Below, one piece after another: positions 1 through 13,905 of a DNA stretch of 64,000 nt; the stretch's first letter is position 1; each line of letters starts with the position of its first letter. Source of the stretch: Podarcis melisellensis (taxonomy: Eukaryota); the NCBI GenBank assembly GCA_964234715.1, contig OZ174275.1, one strand, 5' to 3'. The notes under the pieces are model-generated. The model was not told the DNA's origin. It saw only the letters and a list, made by a program, of their open reading frames with translations, and searched no databases. The position numbers and the translations under genes are program-made.

Positions 1-103
1 GTGCCAGTTAGCTACTAGGCTATTTTCAAAGTGCTGATTTTGGTGTTTAAAGCCTTATACAACTTGGGACCAAGGTGCCTGAAAGATGGTTTCACTCCTT
101 ATA
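1..103 (+). mobile_element. L2-clade LINE ORF2 C-terminal fragment, duplicate of 16224-16326
   Basis: Translates to an L2-like AIFKVLILVFKALYNLGP motif; 102/103 identical to 16224-16326. Confidence 0.8.
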
Positions 104-330
104 CAGTGGTACCTCGGGTTAAGTACTTAATTCGTTTTGGAGGTCTGTTCTTAACCTGAAAACTGTTCCTAACCTGAAGCACCACTTTAGCTAATGGGGC
201 CTCCTGCTGCTGCCACGCCGCCGGAGCATGATTTTTGTTCTCATCCTGAAGCAAAGTTCTTAACCCGAGGTACCATTTCTGGGTTAGCGGCGTCTGTAAC
301 CTGAAGCGTCTTTAACCTGAGGTACCACTA
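104..330 (+). mobile_element. Tc1/mariner (pogo/Tigger-type) MITE, family copy 1 (chimeric)
   Basis: Left TIR CAGTGGTACCTCGGGTTA after TA at 102-103; right end AACCTGAGGTACCACTA (last base mutated); internal TAACCTGAAG modules; related copies at 16327, 33335, 35988, 47682. Confidence 0.92.
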
Positions 331-2369
331 CACATGTTTGTTTTTGACGTGTAAGTGGCAATATGTGTATGAAAATATGAGACACCACTTAGAGGTGAAT
401 GTTCTTATGAACATAGTATTATGCTGACCCATACCATAGGCTACAAGATTGCTACATTCCTTCATAAAATCTGTACAAGTGGCATATTTAAAGGGTTAGC
501 CGGTGACTCTGCTCCTCTTTAACTAACTCTTTCTCTATTTCCCACCTCCCTTCTCTTTATTTTAGGAATAGTGAAGTGATCTGGATTGAACTTCATGAAG
601 TATGGTTCTAAGGGATAGCTGGCTTTGCGCTCACTGGGCATGGCAGAGCACAAGAAGGTGCTTGGTTGTGCTTGCTCTCTTATTATTACACACATCTGAT
701 TTGGAAGGCAGGAAATCGCATCCATTTGTCTGGAAAACAGGTAGGGATGTGCATATTCTTCCTTACTGTGACTGTGATTCTGTGTGAGTTTAGGCCAGTG
801 GTCCCCAAACATTTACCTCCATGGTCCACTGGAAAATTGTTGCGGGTGTTGGAGGTCCACTTAATGATTTTACCTATCTGTTGTAGCAATTATAATGTAC
901 TGTATGTTTTTTTTAAATATCAAACATCTTAATTTTAGCTCCTGGTTAACTTTGGTGCTACTCCTTTCCTCCGCTTTCAAGTACCTCTTCCTCTTGTCAC
1001 TTCCAATTTGTCCTCTTCACCTTCCAGGTGACAATGCTCCTGCTGTTCTTCACAGGTGTGCAGCAGAGCACCTGAATGAAGCTTGTGGATCATGATTTGG
1101 GAATCCCTAACTTAGATACATTGAGCCAAACTGCCTTTTCAGAATATCAGGTGGTTCAAGCTCTTCAGAACATAGATGAAGTTGACTCCTCTGAGTATAA
1201 ATCTTTCTTCATGTAAAAACAAATTAGTAAGTGTGGGGCTAGATGCCATCTTCTTGATAGACTAGCTTTCCACATGCATTTTTTTTTAAAAAAAAATTGG
1301 CATGGGAGTATGAAGATACCCCTACACATTTTCCCCACCTGTATTCTGGTATAATTCCAGGGGGCCGTACTGCACATTTTACTTGAAGCTGTAGAGGAAA
1401 AAAGATGAATAGTTTCAAAGATGCATAAGATAAAAATAAAAAAACTTTCAAATTTAACCTGCTAGGTGGGCCTACAGTAGTTAAGGACTACTATGTACAA
1501 CTTGAAGGAAGACCAGAGGAGAGAGGTTTGGACAAATTTAAATTCATGCATTTCTTTGGCAGAGTGACCGATTTTTGCACATGAACAGAGCAGGAATTAG
1601 TCTACATCTGCAAGTTGTACAAGGGGAAGTGGTCATTCCCTGAAGCAATCAGCCCATAATTTGAGTTTTAGTAGTTAATCAAGCATAGCTCTTCAAAGTC
1701 ATTCTGGGTTTATGCCAAGACAAAGTGGTGGTTTCTTTCTCCCTCCACCCCACAAGTTTGGGTTTCTGTAGGTTCAAATGCCTTGTTATATCTGGAGTGC
1801 CACATGTTCACCATCCCTGGGACTTCATTCAAAAAATTTCAAGGGACTGGAGGCAAGGGGAACAAATATATCCAACAAAATCTTAAAGAGATGTAAGACT
1901 GACCACTATTCTTTTTTACTGTAGTATCTTAACTTGATGTCCCAAATTATATCACACCTAAAAGATGCCTTAAAGATAAATATGTGTAACAGACTATGCA
2001 TCTCATTCTTTTTTCATTCAAAAAAGGCATAACGTATATTTCACTAACCTTGCCTGTCTTGTCCAACAAGTAGCAAATGCAAAAGCAGTCTTATTGGGAT
2101 TTCTCAAGGCCACCTTTCTTTGCTTACCTCTGACAGTTTAAACAATAAGTTCATCACTTGTTGGTTTAGAAGAAGAAGAAAACTTTGCCTGAGCCTTCCC
2201 CAAGGGTATGTTTATATATAATTATGTCTTCTCTGAGTATGACATAATCAGATACAGCTCAATAACACAAGAATAAAATACCACTAAAATCATAAAAATA
2301 TGATAGAACAATCACAACAAATAGTAGCAGTTCCTACATAACACCCTCCCCAAAAAACTTGACTAGCTT

Positions 2370-2600
2370 AAGTGAAATTCCAACAAGCATGTTTTAATCC
2401 AGAGTCCAAACCTTTGCAGATTTGGAGCACTGGTTGCCTCGAGTGGGGGAGAATTCCACACTGCAAATTACATAGGATTCCTGACCCCATGTCCCTACCT
2501 GGGGGGGGGGGCAACCCAGAGAGTGAGAAAGATCCCTCTTCTGACCGCAGAGCCCAGGTCAGCTGATATGGGGAAAGTGTTCTGTCAAATACCAGGGTTC
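2370..2600 (-). mobile_element. Degenerate L2-like LINE 3' fragment
   Basis: GGGAGAATTCCACA is the reverse complement of the LWNSLP-type motif seen in other L2 fragments here; boundaries approximate. Confidence 0.45.
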
Positions 2601-2706
2601 AAGACAATGAGGTCAATACCAACACCATAAATTTGTCCTGGTGGCATAGAAACAGCCAGTGCAGGCTCCACAAACTAGACGTTACATGACTGTGTAGACA
2701 CACAGG

Positions 2707-2927
2707 CAGTGGCGGAGCTGCACCAGGGGGGCAGGGGGTGGAGAGCAGGCGAGGGCGGGGCTGGCGTGCGTCTTGGGGGCATTGCGCATGTCCTGGGGCA
2801 TGACATGCTGCTTGCAGGGGAGTGGCACCCAGCACGGGCGGGGGGGAGCAGCCACGATGGCACCGCACCGGGATCGCACTGCCAGGGGCGGTGCACTCCC
2901 CCCCGCACTCCTCTTCCTCCGCCAGTG
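2707..2927. mobile_element. Non-autonomous hAT element (Tip100-like termini), GC-rich
   Basis: TIRs CAGTGGCGGAG / CTCCGCCAGTG (1 mismatch) flanked by perfect 8-bp TSD CACACAGG at 2699-2706 and 2928-2935. Confidence 0.88.
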
Positions 2928-5900
2928 CACACAGGTCAATTTTCTAAAGGCTGCATATTCTGCACCAGTTGCAGTTTCCAGAACATCTTCAAGGGAAGCC
3001 CATCACAGAGTTCATTTTGGCAGCATCATAGCTGAAAGTCCAAACCATCACCTTTTTATGTTGAGAAGAGTGGTCAGTTCCACCTAATCAGGTTTACTCC
3101 GTGTATTTTTATTGCACAGAAAGGAGAATGCATGGGGCCAAAGTTTAACTATCTTGTGGGCCAATTGATTCAATTCTAATATATACATATAGCAATATGC
3201 AGTAGAAAATAGGAATCATCTGCCTGTTTTCCTTAATGTCACTTTCAGTCATGTGAATGAGACAATTATTAACATGATTGTTATTATTTGGCTCCTGATT
3301 TCCATGCTCGGTTTTGAATTGGTAGTTTCCTTTTCCCTGTGGAAAATGCAAAGATTCAGGCTCTGCAGCTGCTTTCTTGGACTCAGGCTGTAATGAGCAC
3401 ACTGGAATGCAACAAGCAATAAGTAAGCATGCTTAGGTTTGTAGCCTTGACTTTATATCACAGTTAAACAGAAGCATTGTAAGCACATTGTGATAAATTT
3501 TAAAACTTGGAAGATGTTGAAATTAGATTACATAAGAAATCACCTAATGCAATTTGGAGCATTCTAAAAATAGATATTATTGTCACTTATATTCACTTAG
3601 TGAAAATTTTAAGAAAGAAAAATAGCTGTGTTACATATTTTTCTCAGAGCATAGCACATTCAGCAGAGATATGGAGTGCTGATCTCATGAAGTAGCTTGG
3701 GGGGGAATGTTTCAAGATATAATTTCAGAGTAAGTGAAGTTTCTCATGTTCATTGTTACATTTCTATTGTGAACTGAAAGTGTTTAGAGATGTGCATTGT
3801 TGTTCATAAGAAAGTGAACACCCTCTTTGGGTGCTTCTCCTGGAAATATTTTGACCTTTGCAGGTATGCCTTCATTGATTATATGAAATACCTCAGAAGT
3901 TTTAAAGATTCTTAAAATGCCATTGAAAATGAGCTAATCTCTATTTCTGTTGGTGGTATTTGTGATCAAAACACTTGTGAGGAACATACCGGTTTCTGAT
4001 TTCTAAATAGAAGAAGTATTGGGGTAAACATGGAAAAGTATGTTAAGGGAAACAAAACAGAATATAGCATTTGGTTCCTTTTCCTCACTGATAATTGAAT
4101 TATAGATAATAAGGACAGACATTATTTTGCAGGTCTTTAATGGATATGGTTGCATGCAACAAATGTTATTGTACTGGACATAATTATTTTGTAAGTACTA
4201 TCCTTATTTTAGGATAAATTAACAGAAGCTTGCTTGGAGGATTTTCCTATGCTTTGAATATTTATTTACACAAAATGCTCAACAAAGAGTGACATGGGTT
4301 TTTTTAAATTGTTATTTTGTTATTGTTATTTTTTATTGTGTATTAAATTTGTATACCACACTTCACAACATAAAAACACAAAATAAAACACAAAATACAT
4401 AATAAACACACCCACCCAATATGTTTCTCAGAAATCGCCAATAAAGTTTGAGAGTACTAAATGCTTTTATTTTGGGGAGATAATGGTTTGCATTTTTCTG
4501 CAAGGATCCCAGCTAGATATAGTTTAGAAGCAGGGAAAGGGTGAAAGCAGGGTAAGGGTGAGGAATCTAGCTAAGGAAAAGAAATATTTTTCCCGAAGCC
4601 ATTCATAAAAAGAGTGGTGTGGATCAGCATATGAGGACCACAGAGCTTCCTGATGAACATGGGATCTGACACACAGAGTAATCTCATTCAGGACAGGCCC
4701 GGTTGAGGGACAATACATGGCAAAGGGCAGAGGCAGTGAACTGCCATGAAACACCACAATAGGATTTTTTCGCTGGGGGATCACAAGAGATCTCTGAGCC
4801 AGTCAGTGTCCACTGCAGGAAAGGTAGTGGTTCTATCCTAGAAACTATAAATTTAGACTTAATCCAATTACAGGAGAACATGTTTGCTGGAGGCTGCGCC
4901 TTAATTTCTGTGAAAGAAGGACATCTACTTGCAGTAGATGTAGCACATATTCCAGGGACTGATTAGACTTGCAGTTACATGATCCATTATGCATATCAGT
5001 TATTGTGAGAAATTACCTTATGCAGCAGCCACTCTGGGGATGATCTTCGGTGTGAACCACTGGGGCTTTCCTTAGATAAATGATACTGGGGTTAAGCTTC
5101 CTCTGAATAATGCTGGAGCTGTCTCTGATTACAAGCGCTTCACCATGTTGCTTAGAGCGATGCCAAAATAAATACTTTGGGAAGGATTCACCTAATGAGC
5201 CCCGCCAGTGGAAGTCCTGTCAAAGAGCAGGCAGTAATAACAACAATACAAATAAGAATAGGAAAAACAACAATACCAGCAAAATTTTTATTTTCTGGAG
5301 CTTTTAAAACCTGATTTAGTCTATACTGTTGCAACTTTCATTGCAATTTTTAAATAGTTTTTACATCCATTGCTTATGTGGCTTTATTAGTCAGATTTTC
5401 CCACTTTTTTGTCAACATTAAAATCCATCATTTCCAAAAGTTGAAAAAAATCAATTTAATATTAGAAATCTCACAGAAGTGTTATTTTTCTTGCTGATCA
5501 TTAAATAAATGCATTAATTTATGGTGAGTGAGCCTTGTTTATCCATTTTTGTGTGGCTATGACTTGCCTTCCTCATTTAATTCTAATATAGGTAGCCAAA
5601 TTAAACCAAATATTTACTTACTCCGTTTTTCCACCAAAGCTGATGTGAGAAATGCTCTCCCAGCATTTAGCATAATGTTTTACTGCAGTGACTATGGGAT
5701 CGTGTGGTTATATCGTTTTGGTAAAAAAAAAAGTTATATCAATTAATAAAAGTAGCATTGTCAATGTTTATAGTTTTCTTTTATGTTACATGCCTTTGTT
5801 CCTTCTAGTATGATCACATCTGCCACATCTTGAAACTGCTGTCCTCTCCCTTCTATCTGTGACCCAACATTTGGTGTTAATTATGTCTTATAATTCATAC

Positions 5901-5994
5901 AGTTTCCAAAGGGCAAAACACCATCTGGTCATGGTCTTAAAAGAAAAACAACATCAACAACAAGTTTTGGTCATCCGAAATGTATTGCATTCAT

Positions 5995-6105
5995 CAGGGA
6001 TAGGGTAACACGTGGTGTTGTTGGACCCCAAATCTCACCAACCCCAGCCACCATGGGTTGTAGTCTGGCAAAATCTGAAAGGCCACGGGTTCCTCACCCA
6101 CTCCT
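5995..6105. mobile_element. Degenerate copy of the ~135-bp palindromic hAT MITE
   Basis: CAGGGATAGGG...CATCTG-like segment...GGCCAC...GGTTCC similar to the 54033-54168 element; heavily decayed. Confidence 0.55.
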
Positions 6106-6795
6106 GCCATACCTCTAAAGTCACCAGCTAACAGAAATTCTGTACCCACCCTATTACCTAGCTCTTAACATGTTCTTACCCACTGGAAACTGGTCCATTA
6201 GGGCAAATGGAGGCAATGTCCCACCAACTTCAGTCTGTACTTAGTCCTCACCTGGCTGCTGCCTTCCATTCAGCTACTCACAGTGTGAGCTTTGTCAGTC
6301 ATTGGTCCTGTCTCCACCTACTGGTGGTCTTCCAGCCTTCTGCATTAGCCACCATGGCTCTTAACGGTACATCTTTGCACTTCTTAATATATTCTTCACT
6401 GTGAGGTTTTATGAGGTTGTTTTAAAAAAACCCTCTGAGATATTTATTTTACTGTGTGTGTGTGTTTAATATTTCCACAGTTATAGATATTCAGAGCACA
6501 GCACCTGACAGACATTCATTAATGGCTTAATATCTTAATATGTCCAGATTGATTGCAACTGAACAGATCCATATACACATTCCCCCCACCCCACAATTCA
6601 AAATACCCCTGCTTAGCATTTTAAACAAAATTATAGATAGCAACAGTGATGGGTGATTTTAGTAGGGCTAATTTTCCTCAGCATCCCTCTGTGTGCCACT
6701 GCAGTGCGATTCAACCAAAGTTAAGCTTTGTGACTTTAATAGAACTGATTTGTAAGAATGCCCTGAAATCTCTCCCACTGAATTCAATGGGATGC

Positions 6796-6796
<1 letters not shown>

Positions 6797-6843
<47 letters not shown>
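6797..6843. repeat. (GAAA)n microsatellite
   Basis: About 11 perfect GAAA units; explains the KKERKKER ORF tail. Confidence 0.98.
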
Positions 6844-6844
<1 letters not shown>

Positions 6845-7794
6845 GATTCACTTTCACTGGATTATAATGTATGATTATTACATTCAAATGTACATTTTTT
6901 TTCTTTTTTAAAAAGCATAATTAAAAGTGTTTCACTTTATCACAGTTTGGAATATGTATACTGGGCAGAAACTCGCAGGCTTTGCTGAAGCAGAGTTTCC
7001 TTTTATGCCCTGTGTCTTGGAAGGCTGGTCATGAAAAATCACTTTTCAAATTAGAACTTAATAAAAAACTTTCCTGCTCCGAACAGTAAGCCCTACTCCC
7101 TATGCGATTAGTGGTTTCATTTCTTTCTCAGCAGTTGGGTAATGATTATAGCTCCAGATGCTGCGGGAGCGATAAAGAGATTGATTAATTTCACTTGAAA
7201 GGGCATATGTTCAAAGAGAATCCAATCGGAACACCACGAAAAGGGTGCTGACATCCTTGCAGCAAGAAAGCTTAACACAACTTGCTCCCCGACTGTTTTT
7301 CGGGAAAAGGATCCGCACACAAATATTATTCATCAAGTCAACATATGAAACGTTTAGCTTTTGCCTACTCAACAATGAGAGAGGTTTCATTTCTGGATGG
7401 TAGTTTTTTCGTGAGTTTATGCTGAATCATTCTAAAACACACACACACAACACAACACAACACAATAGAGGTTCTGCTGTACTGGAAACTGCCAGCGAAA
7501 CTAGAGTGAGTGCCTTCAGAGCTGACCTAAGCATTGAAGTATATTTGTTGAATGATTTATATGGATAACCCAAGGCTAATTGCTCAATAATATTGCTGTG
7601 TCTGAAGATCAGTTGAAATGCCTGTGAATCAGCATTCTTGTAAGGATGATGTTTTGGAGGGAGGGAGGCAGCCCAGCATCAGCCTGTGCTACAGTTTAGT
7701 TGTGTCAGCTTGTACCATTGAACCAGGCAGAGTAAAGCCTAGCTTTTCTCCAGTACCTTCTCCCACAAATTCTAGTTTTAACAGTACAATAAAT

Positions 7795-8145
7795 CAGATG
7801 GGGGACCCCTTAGGCCTGGGCCACCCAAATATGGTCCTTCAAACAGCTGTCTGGCCCTTGGAAACCTCCTTCGTTGGTCCTGCTTTGCAACCCAGCTTTT
7901 TTGAATGACTAGAATGTGTCCTTGAATTCTGATATTGCTTGCTTATCTGGGTGGAGAACAGAGGGGGGGGGCATGTGAGGGTGAATAAAAAAATAGGCTA
8001 CTGGACAAAGATAAAAACAACAACAACATTTGTCACTCTGTTCACTTTTGCCTCTGGTCCTTCCCACCACCACTGCCAAATGGTCCTTGGAATATTGCCC
8101 AGGAGGAATGTGGCCCTTGAAGTAAAAAAAGGTTCACTACCCCTG
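7795..8145 (+). mobile_element. ~350-bp non-autonomous hAT-like element
   Basis: Ends AATGTGGCCC...AAAAGGTT...CCCCTG; internal blocks (GTCCTTGAATTCT, TTTGCCTCTGG...CCCACCAC) shared with 53405-53735. Confidence 0.65.
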
Positions 8146-8569
8146 AAGTAGGAAGTAGGAAGGAACGTGCTGGACTGTTCACACAGCAACTAAGCTTTGT
8201 GTGTATGGGTTAAAAGAGAAATCCTTAGCTATGTGGTCTGGAATGGTAAGCCCCACCTCTAAATGCTTAGAATTTGTCCCCATGCCCAGTAATTTTACTC
8301 AATATCCTGCCAACTTCTGTGGGCAACAAACGGGTTCTGTGAAAGGGGCCAGGGATACTCACCTCAGCTTTAGTTATTGCAGATTCTTCCACAACCCACT
8401 TTTGCTTTTTTCGGTATTTTTTTTAAAATTTCTGGTTTAAAAAAGAAACCCTTGCAAATCATTCAATGGCCTATTACTTTTTGTATTTAAGTATATATTT
8501 ACTGCGCTTTCATAAACAAGCGGTATACAACATATTAAAAAAAACCCCTACTATGACATCAATAAAGAC

Positions 8570-8890
8570 TGATTGCTTTAAAAAAAAAACCATCCCAAAG
8601 GCCTGCCTGAATGGCACAGATTTTTAAAGGTATCTGAAAGGAGGCAGAAAGTAAATCCTGAAGGACTTCTGTTGGCAAGGAGCCCCACAGGGCAGGGCCT
8701 GCCACACCAAAAGCTTGGTTCTTGGTGAAGGCCAGCTGCAATTCAACATCATGGGGGAATCACTGAAAGTGCCCCGTAAGGACATGTCAGTTATCAAGGA
8801 TAGATGATAAGCAATCAGGCTAATGTACTTTGGGCCCAAGTTGTTTAGAATTAAGCACAGGAACCTTGAACCTAACCAGGTAGCAAATTG
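8570..8890 (-). mobile_element. L2-like LINE 3' fragment
   Basis: Minus-strand ORFs give LNNLGPKY and AFGVAGPALWGSLP, typical of L2 ORF2 C-terminus. Confidence 0.7.
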
Positions 8891-10691
8891 GGAGCTTACC
8901 AGTAGACCCCTCTCTGTCTTTGGACTGCCTTTGCTCTTTGCCTTCATCTGTGCCCTTCTGCCTCACCACAATAACACACAGTCTTAGATTATCATCTCAA
9001 ATAGTATGTTTTCATATTTCCTTTTTAGATTTTATTAGTCATATTTTTGCATAATGAGAAAAAAATTGATTAGTTTCAGCAAGCTAAGGCATCTAGATAG
9101 CAGTGGCTGGTGATAATCTTGCCGTTAAACTGCATCTTCCCACGATAGCTTATCATATATTACTATTAATCTAATCTATATTTTGCCTGACAATTTCATT
9201 TATATGGAATACATTATGGAACTATAATCCTCACATAAGTTTCCAAAATCCATTATTATTTTCCCCAAGTTTAGCCTAGTCAAGAAACATTCTCAACTTT
9301 CCTCAGTGTGAAGTTAATGTCAGGCAACATTAAATTCCAGACCAGTAACAAGGTTAAAGTCCATTCTCTTTTGATCCTTCAGAAATGGTTCTATGTGTCA
9401 TTTTATATGCCTTCTTAATAGGGCAAATCATTTTTGCTTCTAGTCCCTTGGAAGCCCTGAGACATCACTGTCTTTAGTTATGACATTTTATGCGTATGGA
9501 AGATTCCATAATTAAATTAGTAATGTGCATTAATTATACATTTCTTTCCATAGTAGTTGGCTCTATTAGAAAATGGCAGAATACCATCAGAAAATTTAAA
9601 AATATATAGAGGTAATTAAAATCTTTAAAAACTATTCTAACCAGCTTTCCATCTGTTAAGCTTTACTGGGGTGTGTGGTATTACACAGAAATTGGTAAGC
9701 AATGCATTTTAGGTGTTTTTTTCCTGTGTATAATTTCTGAACTCATGACGAAATGCATGTTGTTATTTGTACCATTTCCAAATCCAAGCAGCTCATGTTC
9801 TTGACACCGTCCAGTCAATTTTCAAACTGTTCTGTTCCAACTCCATTGATATGATTTGAGGCCTGAGCGGCAGGGCTACTGTGGTTCATAGATAAGATGT
9901 GGGGTTTTTTCTGGATCTTTGTATTCTCCACAGTCGCTTAGCAGCAGCTGATGGAGCACAAATTGATTTTCAGTGGGACTGATTAAGGTTTATTTTTTAT
10001 CAATTAACTGTCTTGCTTTTAACTAATTAATCTGTCAAGGTATATAATATATTATTCTAAAGGGGACATTTTGGGAATGTTAAATATAAGATGCTCTTAA
10101 TTAAATAACAAAAGAAAATTATTCAGGCTGCAATTTTCACCAGGTTACTGTATAATTTGCCCTACCAAAGGCAACAAAGGTTGGATTGCGCTTAAAATTG
10201 GGGGCACCTTGTTGGCTTGAGAGCATACATGTAATAGGCACCTTACTGGTTTGAATCCATCTTACGTCTATTTCCTAACTCAAGGGTCAGATACGCAGTA
10301 TTTTGCACCACATTTTTACAAACAACATTTGGGTTTAATCTTATAACAAATGTATTATTAAAGTCCACAATAGGGAAAAGACACTATCACTGTTTTCAAC
10401 CCTACTTGGGAAAGTGAAACAGTGCTTCTACACGGTTGGGAAAGGACCTATGCAATCATGAAACAAGCCCTGGTGGGGCTTTAGACTTCTTTTTCTAGAA
10501 CAAGGATAGGGAACCTTTTTCAGCCTTAGGGCTGCATTTCCTCATGAATAACTTTCCAGTGGGAGGTAGGGGGAGTCTTTTCCCTTGGGTATTTCTGTGT
10601 TTCTCCTTTTGATGTACAGAGCAAGGCCACCTCCAGCCTTCCCTGTCCTTCCTGTAGAGAGAAACATGCCACACTGGTTATTTCTATTCTA

Positions 10692-10942
10692 CAGCCGTAC
10701 CTTGGTTCTCAAACACTTTGTGACTCAAACGTTTTGGCTCTCAAATGCCACAAACCTGGAAGTGAGTGTTCCGGTTTGCAAACTTTTTTTGGAAGCTGAA
10801 TGTCCGACGTGACTTCCATGGCTTCCAATTGAGTGCAGGAAGCTCCTGCAGCCAATCGGAAGCTGTGCCTTGGTTTCTGAACGTTTTTGGAAGTTGAACA
10901 GACTTCTGGAACAGATTACGTTCAAGAACCAAGGTATGACTG
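10692..10942. mobile_element. Tigger/pogo-like MITE (second family)
   Basis: TIRs CAGCCGTACCTTGGTTCTCAAAC / GTTCAAGAACCAAGGTATGACTG with TA on both sides (10690-10691, 10943-10944). Confidence 0.88.
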
Positions 10943-10944
10943 TA

Positions 10945-11042
10945 CTAACTCCCATCATCCCTGAGCTCTGGTCTTGCTAGCTAGGGGTGATGGGAGTTGT
11001 AATTCAACAACATCTGGGGACCCACAGGTTGAGAAAGTCTGG
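10945..11042. mobile_element. Right part of the palindromic hAT MITE
   Basis: ACTCCCATCATCCCTG...GATGGGAGTTGTA...AACATCTGG...CAGGTTG matches the 54033 family; left arm absent. Confidence 0.8.
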
Positions 11043-13735
11043 CTTTGAGGCTTCTAGCTCTAACCAACAAACACGTATGGTATCTCTCTCTTCAAATGTC
11101 TTCAGTATTCCTGGACTAGCCTACGGTGCTTTGGTGTCCTTGAAATACGAACATATGTCCCTGCACTCTCAGTGCTTAATTCTACCTCCCCTCCTTTGAA
11201 CAATCATTAACATCTCCCTGCTTATCCCTGGGAGTTGAATTGTTCTGAACAGCATGCTCCTGATCGCCTGCTGGCTCTTTAGAAGCTTGACTCTCCACCT
11301 TTTTATTTTAAGGGCAAGCAGTCTAGTTCCATCTGGCTCAAGTGGAGCCCATTCCTTTTGTACAGACCCAGCGCCTAACCACATCCCACTGTGTCTTAAC
11401 AAAGTCAAACCCTTCTCCCGACACTACTATATCATTCAGACTACACAGCTGAGTCTTTCTAGTTGGCATTGTGCAGGGAACCTGTCTAGGTGGCCCTGTG
11501 CATGGAAACTGTAGCATTTCAGAGAAAGTCATGTTGAAGATCTTAGCTTTCAACATCCTACTTAGCTGGCTCTCCAGGACCTTCTGCAAGCTGCACACCC
11601 ACCACACACCTAGCTATCAAAGTCGCTAATGATTGAATCACCCACTACAAGGATCTTCCCTTTCCTCAGGAGGAGTATTCTAGGTGCAAAGGGATAACTG
11701 TTCATCTCCCAAGTAGTGGGCCCCTTCTAAGGGATTATTTCTGTCTTTCTTTGTCTTCTGTCTGTCTACCTCCCTCTAGACCCTCATACTTCATGGCAAG
11801 AGGGGAACTATCATCCTTGTATTGGAATGCAGTTATCACACCCCCAGAGGTCTTGTCTGCCAGCCTCTCTGCCTCTCTCAGCCACCTTGACCATGAGGGA
11901 ATGACCCAAGAGCTCATTGCACTGAATACAAATTTACAATTTCTGTCCAGTAGGCAGAGAGTCATACTTGTGACAGTCTTGGCAGTATACTAGAAAAATC
12001 CCACACCCTGCTGTCTTTCAACCTGCAACAGAAAAAGAAAATGCTTCATGTAGATTAGCAGGATGAATGAAGGTACAAAACAAAAATTTTAGACATGGCA
12101 GCTGGAGAAACCCTTGGCATCTAAATGTAGGCCATAAAAGTAGGAAAAACAACAACCTTTGGTTCAGCCAAGACACAATAGGAGATTAAAACTGCATGAG
12201 TGTGAACAATTGAGCAAAGCAGGAAGAATGTAGCCAGAGAGGTAATGATATTGGACTGTAGGCGAAAGAGAGAGGTTGGGCAGAAAGGGGGACATGGTGA
12301 TGGGAGAGAAGAGGGGGGGAAAAATATGAGGAGCTTGCTTTAATATACCCCTATGGTTCCCAGCTAGTCAAATTATGTCAGCATCTTCAGGATTACTTCT
12401 GTTCTTTCCACATTTACCACTGCTGTATTGCAGGTCTGCATAACTAATCAGCCAGCAATCATATTTCAACCCACTATCCATGAAATGAGTCTCACCAGAA
12501 ATTTAGGCTTCCTCCCATTTTAATGTCTGCCTGGGACTAGTGAAATGGGGGTTATCTGTCAGACGATGATATATGGAGTGTAATCCAACATAATGCTGTT
12601 ATGATTGCTCCATCAGCACAAGCATTTCTGCTCGCCAGACAGAATGATAGTCCCTGTCTCCTCACCCTGCATGCTACTCTGGGGGTTCTTCAGAACCCCC
12701 CCCCCAGCTGATTTGGAAGGGGCGGGACACACACCAGGGGAGGAGATGAGAGAAATCCCATTGCACTAGTGGGGCTCATTGTGTTTGCTCCCTCCAATGC
12801 AACTATTTAGTACCCTAAATAGTTGGTGCCCTATGTTTGGCCTGCTGGCTCTCAAGCGGGGCCTAGTTTTTGCCCTCCTAGAAAGTTATGTGAAATCAGA
12901 ATACAATTTAGGAAGTTTAGCAATGAAGGTGTACTAGGGTAGCTCCAGTACTTAACATTTTCACCTCTTTAGTGTGTATTGATGGGCGTTTGACTGCTGA
13001 CCTTTACTAGAATACCTTCTGAAAATGCACAGACGGTGGATGAATGATATTTGAGGATAACAAGCCTATGACACTGGAATAAATTGGGCTTTTGAGGAAG
13101 ATAAGGGATTAAAGCTGTCCCCTGCAAATGGATCTTTCTGAAAAACAGCATCTGTACGTACTTCTTAAAGTCTCAAGGGATGGTGTTGCCACACCTGTAC
13201 ATGAATTTTGCACTATTACCATAAATAATAAAAGCTAATCTTGGGATTTTTCTACTTTTAATGTCATCTCCATCAGCATTTATCCTCATACTTGCTGTGG
13301 AAACAGCAAAAGGATGTATGTACCGCAAATTAAAAAGTTGCCAGGTGAATATCTTCACCTTTGCTGATATTCTCATTAGTTTGTCCTTGATTGATTCTGG
13401 GAGGGGTAGACCAGCTTTTGGAGCCCTCACAATGATTTAATCATTACAGCACACAAGGTCCCAAATCAGATTTGAGGTACATTTATAAGTGTGCGGGGGG
13501 GGGGGGGACTAGTGAACAGCTGCAGCGCATATGAGGTGGCTGATAACTGATAGCACCCAACTGGCCTGTTACTAATGGGATTCCCTCTAGGCCTTCTCTG
13601 AAAGATCATAGGAATGAAAGTAAAAGCACTATTTCATCTGCAAAATATCTGGGGCTTTATTCACAGATACCTGTATGCACACAGGTGCTATATGCTTACA
13701 GTGCCATGTGCAAGATGAAGATTCACCGAGGCTTT

Positions 13736-13905
13736 TTCTTCTTCTTCTTCTTCTTCCTAAACCATGGTTTTGCATATAAGAATATATGCAATACACCTCT
13801 GTGTGTGTGTGTGTATCTGTATCTGCAAACATATGCAGATATATACTACAATATAAGAATGTATATATATGAATATATGCAAACATATGCAAATATATAC
13901 TACAA
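13736..13905. repeat. (CTT)n, (TG)n and an imperfect 28-bp direct repeat
   Basis: CTT run at ~13736-13756, TG run at ~13800-13814, TGCAAACATATGCA(G/A)ATATATACTACAA at ~13824 and ~13878. Confidence 0.85.

Noticed and set aside
13018-13138. Minus-strand exon-like segment (KDPFAGDSFNPL)
   Set aside because: The DPF-containing frame hits a stop, the donor is weak, and no homology is recognised.
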